Origin: Chiloscyllium plagiosum
Lineage: Eukaryota
Assembly (NCBI RefSeq): GCF_004010195.1
Contig: NC_057719.1
Span: forward strand, 76,676,849-76,740,848
Length of the DNA: 64,000 nt
Direction of reading: 5' to 3'
The position numbers were made by a program, and so were the translations under genes. Position 1 is the first letter of the stretch; the number at the start of each line of letters is the position of its first letter. A model generated the notes under the pieces. It did no database searches. It was not told the origin of the DNA and saw nothing but the letters and a program-made list of their open reading frames with translations. Positions 25,901 to 37,715 of the stretch are shown here, one piece after another.

Positions 25901-27274
25901 GGGAAACAGCCCTCAGATGTCTATCCAGTCTAGCACCTACAGAATCTTGTAAATTACAATGGGATTGCCTTTCAGTTTTCTAAACTCTGGTGCTTGTAAG
26001 TGCAATTCATTCAGCCTTTCATCTCACAACAAGTCTCTCATTCCTGGCATCAATCTAATTAACCTTTGCTGAACCTCTTTCAAGGCAAGTATATCCTTCC
26101 TTAGGTATAAAGAACAAGCTACACATAATACACTAGATGCAGAATCAACAAAGACTTATGCAATTACAACAAGGTCTTCTTATTCCTGTACTTCAAATCC
26201 CATGCAATAAGACCCAACATGCCTTCCTAATTGTTTGCTTTATCTTTGTGTTTTTTGTATGCGTACCTTCAAATATCTTGTAGGGCATTTTTTAAAACGT
26301 TCTGCTTTACTAATCTTGCAACCTTATACTTTTCCACTTACATTCATCTGGCATCTTGTTGCCTACTTATTTAATCAGTCTATGGGTTGAATTTTCCCAG
26401 CTCCTCCCTCTCCCCCCGAATGATGCGGGCAATGGCGGGCCAGTTGCTAAAATATTGAAAAAATTCGATTCTTGATGTTGAGAGAAAAGAAGGATTTTCC
26501 ACTGAAAATTTGAACAACATAACAGGAATCCTGTGAGTCAGTGGCGAGAGGCCTATTGACATGTAATTACATCACATTATTATCTAATTTTTAAAAAATT
26601 TGCTATTCTCCCATGCGGCAGTGGAAAACTAGACAGCGACAATTTCTGACATGAAAGTCAGAGCTGGTATTTGGTGGCCCCAGCTAGCCAATTGCTCCTC
26701 CTGGGTTCTATCCTCTGCAGGATTGCCTCAGGGTGTAGCTTGATGGGTAGCAACTGTCTGTCCTGCCCTTGTCCTCGGAGGTTGGCATTGGACATGCAAC
26801 AGCCTCATCACATCGCAATGGCACATTGGAGTGCGCTGAAAATTTGCATTGTATTGTTGCTGCTAGGTCACTCTGGTGCAGGAACAGGCACCCGTAACAT
26901 GGATTGGAGCAATGGCCATTATCCACTCACTTGGTGCTTACTCACTTCATGCCTACTTGGATGTTCACAGCACGTGTGCCTTGCCTTGCCTTTTTCTGCA
27001 ATACTGCATCATTCGGGACTTACAGGCTCACCATATTTCTGTTTACCTTGTCTTTTAGTGTATGCACAAAGCCAGGCAGCTTGTCATGTTTGCCAACAGT
27101 GCTCAGACAAGGGGTAGGCATGATGTTTTACACGCTGTGCTACATCAAGTCACATGTGCAGCATGTGCCAGCAACTTACGCAGCAATCACACTGAATGTG
27201 CTTCAACTAAATGGCCATGCCAAAAAGTCTAAGGGGAGTTGTCCACAGTCAAGTCCTGGGGACTGTCGTCAGTA

Positions 27275-28010
27275 GTGGAACAATAGGAAGTGTTGCCGAA
27301 CAAAGAGACCTTGGAGTGCAGGTTCATAGCTCCTTTAAAGTAGAGTCACAGGTAAATAGGATAGTGAAGAAGATGTTTGGAATGCTTTTCTTTATTGGTA
27401 AGAGTATTGAGTATAGGAGTTGGGAGGTCATGTTGTGCCTATACAGGACCTTGGTTAGGCCACTGTTGGAACACTGTGTGCAAATCTGGTCTCCTTCCTA
27501 TTGGAAGAATGTTGCAAAACCTGAAAGGGTTCTGAAAACACAAGGATATTGCCAGGATTGGAGGATTTGAGCTTTCTGGAGAGGTTGAATAGGCTGGGGC
27601 TATTTTCCTGGAGCATCAGAGGCTGAGGGGTGACCTTGTAGAGGTTTATAAAATCATGAGGGGCATGGATAGGATAAATAGACAAGGCTTTTTCCCTGAG
27701 GTGGGAGAGTCCAGAACTAGAGGGCATAGGTTTAGGGCAAGAGGGGAAAGATATAAAAGAGACCTAAGGGACAACTTTTTCATGCAGAGGGTGGTGCATG
27801 TGTAGAATGAGCTGCCAGAGGAAGTGGTAGAGGCTGGTACAATTACATTTAAAAAGCATCTGGATGGGTATATGAATAGAAAGAGTTTAGAGGGATATGG
27901 CGGGGTGTTGGCAGCTGGGACTAAATTGAGTAGGGATATCTGGTCGGCATGGATGAGGTGGCCCGAAGGGTCTGTTTCTATACTGCACATCTCTATGACT
28001 CCATGACTCT
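27275..28010 (+). mobile_element. CR1 LINE 3' fragment
   Basis: EQRDLGVQVHSSFKVESQVNRIVKK...LYRTLVRPLLEHCVQIWSP, ending in a CTATGACTCCATGACTCT tail. Confidence 0.92.
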
Positions 28011-28994
28011 AATAAGTCAAGGACATCATCCTATAGCAGTCGAGAAGCGTGGACACAGTCAGTTACGCACTTGGAGCAATCAGGGTCAGGGGTTCCATAT
28101 GATTGCAGCACAGGGAGCTGCCCACAGTCAGCTCTGCACATCCAGTGCAACCAAACATGAGATGAGAGGTGAAACCAGTCAGGAGTCTGATCACTCAGAC
28201 AGAGCTGTCCTTCCAAGTTGGTCAGTGGAATAGGCACGGTTGGTCCTGAACAACGATGAAACATTATGCTACACTGAACATTCCAGAGAGAATAGCAATC
28301 CCTTAGACAAGGCTCAAATATAGCGTGGCACTAGGGAAACATAGCTTGATTCTTGTAGCTGCAGATGTAATGTCAATTGGTTTGGCAGGTGATGTAAAGT
28401 GGCAAGACATTTATGAAATTGAGACTTTATCTGCAATGCAGTGCCACCTGTGTGACCTCAGAACGCTTTCATTTCCCTCCCAGGACTATCCTTGGCTGGC
28501 AGCGATTGGCACTGCTGAACTGCAAATATTAGGCCAGGGGCAGAAATGCTGTGGTCCCAGAAGTGACATGCACCTCGGTTGTTGACAAGGGCATAATGTT
28601 GTGAAAAATGGCTCTGTAGAGGTGTGGTGTATACACAGCGAGATGGGTGGTGGGCAGGACTATACGAGATCATTCACTAGAGCTCACAGATAGAAACCCC
28701 TCCATGTAACTCACTAAAATTGACAATTCCATCTTTGGTAAAATTCAACATTATCTCTATTTGCACCTTGCAGCTTACATTCTAAGCAGCCAATTGAAAT
28801 GTCAGCAGTAATTCAGAGATTGTAGGCCATATGAGGTTCAGGACTCAGCATTGATATGTGTGGTGCACCATTAGTTCGAGCTTCCAAATCAAATTGACCC
28901 ATTTACTGTTAACATCTGCTTCCTGTTAGTTAAGAAGCCCTCCAAGCCTGCTAATATATCACCCCCAAGAGTGTGTTGCTGGGAGTAGTAGTTG

Positions 28995-30930
28995 CATGTG
29001 GTAGACAACGCCCTCCAGCACATCTTCTCCACTTCACGCACCACCGCCCTTGAACCCCACCGAATCCCCCTGGTCCTCACCTTCCACCCCACCAACCTCC
29101 GTTTACATTGTATCATCCTCCACCACTTCCGCCACCTCCAATCGGACCCCACCACCAAAGATATACTTCCCTCCCCATCCCTATCAGCGTTCCGAAAAGA
29201 CCATTCCCTCCATGACTCCCTCATCAGGTCCACGCCCCCCCCAACCACCAGCCCACACCCCACCCCGGCACCTTTCCCTGCCACCGTAGGTTCCCCATGG
29301 GAGACTGATTAGCAAGGTTAGATCTCATGGAATACAGGGATACAGTATGGGCTCAAAGGTAGAAGACAGAGGGTGGTGGAGGGTTGTTTTTCAGACTGGA
29401 GGCCTGTGACCACTGGAGTGCCACAAGGATCGGTGCTGGGTCCTCTACCTTTTGTCATTTACATAAATGATTTGGATGTGAGTATAAGAGGTACAGTTAG
29501 TAAGTTTGCAGATGACACCAAAATTGGAGGTGTAGTGGACAGCGAAGAGGGTTACCTCAGATTACAACAGGATCTGGACCAGATGGGCCAATGGGCTGAG
29601 AAGTGGCAGATGGAGTTTAATNNNNNNNNNNNNNNNNNNNNNNNNNNNNNNNNNNNNNNNNNNNNNNNNNNNNNNNNNNNNNNNNNNNNNNNNNNNNNNN
29701 NNNNNNNNNNNNNNNNNNNNNNNNNNNNNNNNNNNNNNNNNNNNNNNNNNNNNNNNNNNNNNNNNNNNNNNNNNNNNNNNNNNNNNNNNNNNNNNNNNNN
29801 NNNNNNNNNNNNNNNNNNNNNNNNNNNNNNNNNNNNNNNNNNNNNNNNNNNNNNNNNNNNNNNNNNNNNNNNNNNNNNNNNNNNNNNNNNNNNNNNNNNN
29901 NNNNNNNNNNNNNNNNNNNNNNNNNNNNNNNNNNNNNNNNNNNNNNNNNNNNNNNNNNNNNNNNNNNNNNNNNNNNNNNNNNNNNNNNNNNNNNNNNNNN
30001 NNNNNNNNNNNNNNNNNNNNNNNNNNNNNNNNNNNNNNNNNNNNNNNNNNNNNNNNNNNNNNNNNNNNNAAGAGGCATTTGGATGGGTATATGAATAGGA
30101 AGGGTTTGGAGGGATATGGGCTGGGCACTGGCAGGTGGGACTAGATTGGGTTGGGATGTCTGGTCGGCATGGACGGGTTGGACCAAAGGGTCTGTTTCCA
30201 TGCTGTATGTCTCTATGACTCTATGACTCTAAGTGCAAAACCTGTGCCCACAACACTCCCCTCACCTCCATCCACGATCTCAAGGGATCCTTCCTCATCT
30301 GTCAGAAATTTATCTGTACCTCTACCAATGTCACGTACTGCATCTGTTGCACCCGATGTGGCCTCCTCTACATCGGGGAGACAGGACGCCTTCTTGCGGA
30401 TTGTTTCAGAGAACACCTCTGGGACACCCACACCCACTAATCCCACCATCCCATGGCTGAACACTTCAACTCCCCCTCCCACTCCATCAAGGACATGCAT
30501 GCCCTGGGCTGCCTCCACAGCCAAACCGTTAACACCCAATAACTGGAGGAGGAACATGTCATATTCCACCTTGGGACCCTGCAAGGGATTGATGTGGATT
30601 TCAACAGCTTCCTCATTTCCCCTCCCCCACATTATCCTAGTCCCAATCCTCCAACTCGGCACTGTCATCCTCACCTGTCCATCACTTCCCCCTCTGACCT
30701 ATCACCTTCTCCTTCTCCTTCATCCGTCTATCGCTTTCTCAGCTACCTTTCCCCCAACCTCACCTCTCCAATTTATCTTTCAGCCCCTGGTCCAGAAGCC
30801 TCATTCCTGCTAAAGGGCTTATGCCTGAAACGTCGATTCTCCTGCTGCTCGGCTGCTGCCTGACCTGCTGTGTTTTTCCAGCACCACACTGCTGACTCTG
30901 ATCACCAGCATCTGCAGTCCTTACTTTCTC
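28995..30930 (+). mobile_element. Penelope-like element 3' part with GIY-YIG endonuclease, interrupted by a CR1
   Basis: RIPLVLTFHP...AFRKDHSLHDSLIRS, then CKTC...NVTYCICCTRCGLLYIGETGR...FREH. Terminal GCTGCCTGACCTGCTG motif. Confidence 0.85.
29290..30230 (+). mobile_element. CR1 LINE RT and 3' end nested in the Penelope-like element (spans an N gap)
   Basis: GVPQGSVLGPLPFVIYINDL...SKFADDTK, with a CTATGACTCTATGACTCT tail. Confidence 0.92.
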
Positions 30931-32396
30931 CCGATATATCACCTCCACATTTATAAGCCCGAATCTTGCACGTTTACCTTTTACGTGGTACCCTTTGGAA
31001 ATCCAAGTATGCTATATCTACGGGCTCCTCCTTAAGAAGCCTGTTAATTACATCCTCAAAACCCTTAATAAACTTGTCAAATATAATTTTCTTTCCATTA
31101 AACTACATTGTCTCTGCCCAAAGGTGTTATGATTGTTGCTATGAATTCCATAATGGTAGATTTCAGCATTTTTCTGATTGATGCCAGACCAACTGATCTG
31201 TAGTTTCTTGTTTTGTCGCTCCCCCCTTACTTGAATAGTGATGTGATATTTGCTAACTTATAATGTACTGTGAGCATTCTAAACCTTCAGGAAGTGTGAA
31301 AACGCACAACAGTGCATCCATTATCTCTGCATCTACTTCTTTTAGAAGTCTATTTCTCTCGAATCTTTCTGTGTTAATATGATTTATCTTCCTCACTCAG
31401 ATTAGCCCATCAGTTACCCTTGATTTCTGGTCCATAATTTGTGTCTATCACTGTGAAGATAGACATAAAATATTTGTTCAACATCTCTGCTGCTTCCATA
31501 TTTCCTCTGATAATTGCTCCTATGTCTATCTCAAAGGGACCAGGGTCTACTTTCACCATTGTCACTGTAAAGGACATTAATATTACGCCAATAAAGATGG
31601 CAAAAATGAATTTGAGAAATGAATTGCCTTCATTTTTCTGTCAATACATGAAGTTGGAGTTTGAAAATTGCTGGATGCAATGTTGATTTTCTTTTCCACA
31701 TATCTTTCTTCAGCTATTATCTTGCACATACCTGTGAAATCAAAGACCTGTCATGTACCCATCACTGCAGTTTGCCAAGATCCAGCTGTTTCCGTCATCA
31801 TTTCACACACATTTAGCACATTTCATTTGAGCTATGAAAACTGACACTGATTCCAATTACTGAACATCAAAAATATCATGTCTTCAGTACAGACTGGGGC
31901 TAATGACTGAGATGCAAAGGTCATCCAGCTCCATATTGACCCATTGTGTTGTGCCAGTATTCTGCTAGGCATAGTTACTGTGCTAGCTGGATAGATTGGA
32001 AGGACTCCACTTATATGAACTGTAGTGAGACAATAATGAGGTTGCAGAAGTATGTACGTCTCTTTTACTGGTGAGCAACTTTTATTAACTGTTTACACAA
32101 CATGCATAAGTTGACTGGAGATTACTATACCCAGAATCCAGCAGCTACAATCCCTGTTCCAAATCTGTCTCCCACATCTCCAGGCATCATTGAAGATCTC
32201 AGTCTTGTGTGACTGCAAGAGTTTCTGTCTCAAACAACGAATAGCATTGTTTCATCTCGGTTAGTGCCCTGGAAGCTTATAAGCTGATCAGAATGAGTGG
32301 GACTGGTCCCAATTGACACGGAAGACATTAACGGTCAATAATGGAAAAAGTGCAGGTTGTAGTGAGCTGAGTCTGTCTTTCATAAAACGAAAAGCA

Positions 32397-33002
32397 GATG
32401 GACTTTGGCTCAATCTACCAACTTACTTTCTTCTATGTGTGAGCCAAGTCCTGCGTGTTCTTTTAAATGAAGCAAAAGGAGAAGATATTCGGTCTCACAC
32501 TCTTAATTTATTTTAAACAGTAAGTGGATAAAGCATTCAGAGCTCTGGGTCTAAACCTTTCTGTCCCTGACAAACTACAAAGTGTGCCAGTTCAAAAAGT
32601 AAGACCCCGTTCTGTCCCTGACCCAGTCTTTTTATATTATAAAAAACGTCATACAAACACTGAGGTAGAATTATCTTCTGATTGGCTGTTGATCTGACTC
32701 CATTCTCCGCCTCCTCACATTCCCGGATGTCCGACCCCACGTGACCTTCTTTTGCCCGCGAAACGGAGCATCATGTGACCTCCTCGGCCCGTGAAACGGA
32801 ACGTCACGTGACCGCCCCGCACTCTTCCGGGGCACGAAATGGAACGTCACGTGACCGCCCCGCACTCTTCCGGGGCGTGAAACGGAATGTCACGTGACTG
32901 CCTTCTGCGTGCGTTACACAACGTCACCACAGTCTTCTGAATGCTGAATACATTTACACTCGCAGCCAGCCTTCTGTTTTACAAGTAAGCCATATATTTA
33001 CA
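32397..33002 (-). repeat. ERV 3' LTR (606 bp)
   Basis: Near-identical to 42947-43500. Begins TGTAAATATA right after the PPT. AATAAA at 32507-32512 on the minus strand. Confidence 0.95.
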
Positions 33003-33004
33003 AG

Positions 33005-33014
33005 TCCCCCTTTT
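33005..33014 (-). other. ERV polypurine tract
   Basis: Minus strand AAAAGGGGGA-CT-TGTAAAT immediately precedes the 3' LTR. Confidence 0.9.
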
Positions 33015-33071
33015 GGTCTCATAAAAATGAGACCAACCAACCAACCAGTTCTATACATCACAATCACTCTC

Positions 33072-35150
33072 CTATGCATAGTCTTCCCTTCTTGCCAAGG
33101 CCATGGTTTCCGTCTCCATCTGTGACATCTGGTGGGACGGGGGAGCCTTCCCTTCAATTGCTGTAATAATTACCCTGTTCAACAAAGATTTAATACAGGG
33201 AATACAACAACATCCGCACAACACTAACACAATAATCATACCACCGAGGGACATAAACATAGAGACAATTAATCCTTTCCATTTCCCAAACCATGAATCA
33301 AAAATACCTCCTAGAGGGTTGTCAATACCGGAATGTTCATGCATTTCTTCAGACAAGGTTCTTAGTCCTTCCAGGGCTCTGGTTACCGAGCCATCGGGTG
33401 CCGTATTATTGGGGATAAACGTACAACATTGGTCTCCGAACATAGAGCACACTCCCCCCTTTTCTGCTAACAACATATCTAAAGCCATTCTATTTTGTAC
33501 TGTCATCAATGAAGTCGCTGCTAATTGTTCAGAGAGTCCCGCCACCGCATCTCTAGTTCTATTAGCGAGCCTAAGTACATTGTAATGTATATAATTAATT
33601 CGGTCAATGTTTTTATTCGGCGTACTGGGAATAGAACACCGATAATTGGGAGATTCTCAAATCCTGCTGCTATCTGGTCTGCCAATTTATATTCATCAGG
33701 TACACCGCGGGGAACACCTATTGCATCTATGTAAGTGGTTGAGCCAGATGTGACATCAAACAAATCCCTGCGTGTTCATGCATACGGATTTATTCCCTGT
33801 TGTCGTTCTCCTAAGAGGAATAAGGGTACCCCTAACCTGACCATTGCACAGGTTCCAGACCAATCTGGAGGTAGACCAACATGCAGTGTTCTATCTCCAC
33901 AGTACCAAAAAAGATCAGCTCTGGCCCAAACCATTGTGCTAGCATTTTGCCAGCCGGTTACATTAATCGTATCCTGACACCAGTCAGCAGGCATGTCTCC
34001 CAAGACTATATTTGACTTTCGAGCAAAACACGTGTAATTGTTGGCCCTTGGAGTAAACACTGGAGGTAACGTGGAATTCTTTACAGATGGGAAAATAGCA
34101 CTTAAGGTGGTACAATTTGGAGGGTCCGCCCGCATGGTGAGGGCCATCATACAGTGAAATCCTATTGGGTCTATATTAGGGAACAATGGGGCTGGGGTAG
34201 TAAATAGGATTGGCCTTGCCAAAGAACACACGACGCAATTACTCATATTCATTGAGGTTGCAGTCGCTGTCATCCAGTCTAGCCATAAGTTCTTATCCCC
34301 ATACCCGGTAGCTAATTTAATAACATCCCTTCTCGTATGGTTGTTGTGGTCTATTACCACAACTCCTAAACTTGATTCTACCTCCATACTTGTGTTTTCA
34401 GTTTGTGGCTGGCTCGTAGGAGGGTCCACTAAAGTTACCTTCAATAATCCCACGTTATCCACTCCAGATTGATCTACACCTATTATAAGATAAAAGCTTC
34501 TGTCATCACTCTCACAGTAAATCTGTACCTCTTTTGGACTAGGATTAATATCAAATTTTGTCAGGGTTAACAAAAGTGGATTTTTTAGCTCTGAAGCATG
34601 ATCGAGCTGCCCCTTTGTCAGGCTCACATGGTCTCGAATGTTCCATCTATTATCCGAAGGTGATGACCTCTTGGGGGTCCATCGCACCTCAGTCCATGTT
34701 AATACATTATCCCACGACGGGCATGGGTCATAGTAAATGGCATAGAAACAAAGGTATACATCATACTCCCTCCAGCTCCCTATATCTTTGCCACAATCAA
34801 TTACTTCGCATAAATCAAACTGGTATGTTGTACCATGATTTCTATCATGTCTGATGTGTACCTGGCTCCTCGTCTCCCTTAAACATTTATCTGCCTCTTG
34901 TCCTGTTGATCTTTTGTTCCTGGAACTTCCTCCCTCGCCTGTGTGTTTGTCCCTCATGGTTAATACTCCTATTAACAGCAGCATAACACTTATACATAAA
35001 ACAATAGCAAAGACTCCCAACCTCCACAGCCTAAAGTAATGTGGGCTGTTTACAAAGATAGACATTATATCCTTGACACAACTTTGCTTAGAAATCTTGA
35101 GAACCTCTCCCCACTTTTTCCAGAACCTTCTTCCTGCAAACATTAAACAT
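33072..35150 (-). pseudogene. env: ERV envelope (gamma-type), one premature stop and one frameshift
   Basis: N-terminal hydrophobic anchor, RNKR, SU CxxC (NCVVC), (R)TRR SU/TM site, ISD QNRMALDMLLAEKGGVC, CX6CC, and a TM helix followed by CGCCC. The start coordinate is approximate. Confidence 0.93.
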
Positions 35151-35169
35151 TTAAGACCTTTCTTTTCTT

Positions 35170-37057
35170 TTTCTGTTCTTATTTGTTCTAGAGTTCTCGT
35201 TGGCGGTTCCGTGGCTGCATACTGGCTCCAATGGTACCAGCTTTCTCCTCTCCCCTGTAGTCTGACCGCATGAGATGTCCTCTCCTCCACCTTATAAGGT
35301 CCTGTTCACCTCGGCTCCGACCACTTCTGTTTGATCATCTTCAACAGGACCCAATCCGTGGTAGATGGCACCTGGCTCTGTAGTTCCCCCTTTTCCGATC
35401 CAACCTGTTTGAAGAAAGCTGACACCAAAGCTGTTAGTTGGTCATAATAAGGTTTGTACCTTAGAGAGGCTCCTCCTCCCTCTAAGATCTGCATTCCCGC
35501 TCCTGGTCCCGGGAACTGCTGCCCTGTTGTTAGCTCATACAGAGTGAACCCTGTAATAGAGTTTACTGAGCTCCTAATGGACATTAAAGCTAAAGGTAGG
35601 GCATCCACCCAGCTTAACTTTGTTTGTGCACACACTTTTCCTATTTTTCCTTTTATGGACTGATTCATTCTTTCCACTTTTCCCTGTGACTGAGGATGGT
35701 ACACTATTCCAAACATATGTTTCAGTCCTAAAGCTGCTTCAACTTCTTGCAGGTCTTGATTCTTAAAATGTGTGCCATTATCTGACCTGACTCTCTTTGG
35801 AAACCCATGCGTTGGAATGTATTGGTTTATCAAGAATTTGATCACTGTCTTTGCGTCTTCCTTTTTCGCAGGTATTGCTTCTGGCCAACCAGTGTATGCA
35901 TCCACTGCTACCAAAAGGTACCGGTATCTATTTACTGTCTCTATCATATCAGTGTAGTCAATCACTATTTCCTGACCTGGCATTCTTGGAAGAGGGAATT
36001 TTCCCTCGTGTGGGTTTCACTGTTGGTCTCACATTGTATTCTGTACACGTTCTACATTCCCTGATATAATTTTCAATCATTACTGGCAAGAACGGATGCC
36101 ACCAATGTGTCAGATACCTCTGCATCTGTGTTTTTCCACAATGTGTGAGCCCATGAGCCTCCTGAAGCATGGAAGCTATCAAACCTGGGGGTAGGACTGG
36201 TCTACCATCCGATGACTCTGTGGCCCCTCTCTCTCTCCATACTGTCAGTTCATGAGGAGAGGCTTTCTGCTGCTCTTTTATTAACACATTTGCATCGCAG
36301 GCAGACAGCAGGTCACACACTGTTCTCTCTGTTTGCATCATTATATACTGTGCTGTATACCCTGCTGCTTTCTTTGCTGCTCAGTCTGCTTCCTGATTAC
36401 CCTTCGCTACTACTGTATCTGCTTTATCATGTCCTCTACACTTGATCACCGCCACTTCTGCAGGTTTCATTAGGGCCTCCGCTAATCTTTTCATATCTTT
36501 TTCATGTTTAATTGGGGTTTTTGCTGCTGTTAAGAATCCTGCTCTAATCCATTGACTAAGTTCTACCTGTATAGCCCCTGCCACCTATGCAGAGTCGGTG
36601 TAGATATTTACTCTTTTTCCCTCTGACCATTCTAACACAGCTATCATTGCCTGTAGTTCAGCCAACTGGGCTGATTCTTTACCTGTCACTTTTCCTGTCA
36701 ACAGTTCCTCAAATTCCTGACTTGTCTGTTGCACCACTGCATAGGCTGCTTTAAGCCCTTCAGTTAGATGTCTGTAACAGCAACCATCTGTGAACAGCAC
36801 TCCTTCTGGGTCTACTAATGGAATTGCCTGTAAATCTGCCCTAACTTTGGTATCTCTCTGTACCCTTTCCTCACACATGTGTGGCTCTCCTTCTCCCATG
36901 TTATCAGCCAAGTTAATTCCTTCATGTGTAAAAATTATATGTGGTGCATTCAAGATTTTCTCTAACCTGGTTTGCCGCAGTGACGTCATTGTAAAGGCTG
37001 TTGAGTTCACATAGGCCACTATACTATGTGTTGTGAGTACCATTAGTGAATGGTGTG
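35170..37057 (-). pseudogene. pol: ERV pol 3' part: connection, RNase H and integrase
   Basis: FTDG / SAQLAEL / NIYTDS / GNQEAD (RNase H). HGLTH..CRTC zinc finger. IDYTDM, SDNGTHF and GKVERMN (DDE). PR*TGPY. Several stops and a frameshift. Confidence 0.95.
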
Positions 37058-37112
37058 GTGAAACGGTTAAAAATTATGTCCCAATACATGTGTGAATCTA
37101 ACCGGAATGGAT

Positions 37113-37262
37113 GTATCCTCTTCGCTAGAACATTGGTACCTGATCGGTTCAGGTGGAGACTGTCCCAACGGTACAGATCCTTCCGGTTCCAAAACTGATG
37201 CCAATGCCCCATGAAGTGGAATCCCACTTTCCCACACCAATCCCTTAGCCACGTGTTTAAAT
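37113..37262 (-). mobile_element. CR1 ORF1 SGNH-esterase fragment
   Basis: LNTWLRDWCGKVGFHFMGHWHQFWNRKDLYRWDSLHLNRSGTNVLAKRI (DxxHLN motif). Confidence 0.8.
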
Positions 37263-37479
37263 GCAAGTTGCCTTGAGAATTTCTCGTTGTATTTTACCAA
37301 ATTCACCTCATTAACTACCTGCTCCACCTGATTCTAATTTATTTCTGATTATGACTCATTCTAGTCACATTTTACCCAGAACAACTCACCAAACATCTAC
37401 TGAAAGACTGGCAACCATCAGGTGCCATCTTTAAAAGTCCATGGTGCACATGGACACGTGCAATCAGTCCAGCGCTACT

Positions 37480-37715
37480 CTAGGCAGACAAGGCAGACCG
37501 AGAAAAATTGGTGCCCTGCTTTGTGGACAGGATCCTGAAGGCCTTGCTGGATTGGGAGGGGCCAGCACAGAGCAAATGTTCCCTCAGGACAAGCAGTAGA
37601 GGCCATTCCACCAGACCATGCCATTCTGGTCCCAGGTTGACCCTGGATTAGTGCAGTCTCAGCCATGTGGGGGAATTCCCAGCTCTGTAGGAAGAGGGTC
37701 ATTGACCCTCCCCAC
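37480..37715 (+). mobile_element. Harbinger-like Myb/SANT domain fossil
   Basis: Frameshifted PCFVDR..KALLD...W....ISAVS...QLCRKRVID resembles the trihelix Myb/SANT protein of Harbinger transposons. Confidence 0.45.

Noticed and set aside
29373..30201. Long ORFs across 29.6-30.1 kb
   Set aside because: Their length is an artefact of translating through Ns; the real sequence is CR1 RT.
32735..32905. Repeat array as a CRISPR-like locus
   Set aside because: There are no unique spacers, the context is eukaryotic, and the repeats lie inside LTR U3.
33103..33585. 160-aa + strand ORF as a retroviral antisense gene
   Set aside because: It is the shadow of the env TM frame, with no recognisable motif or independent support.
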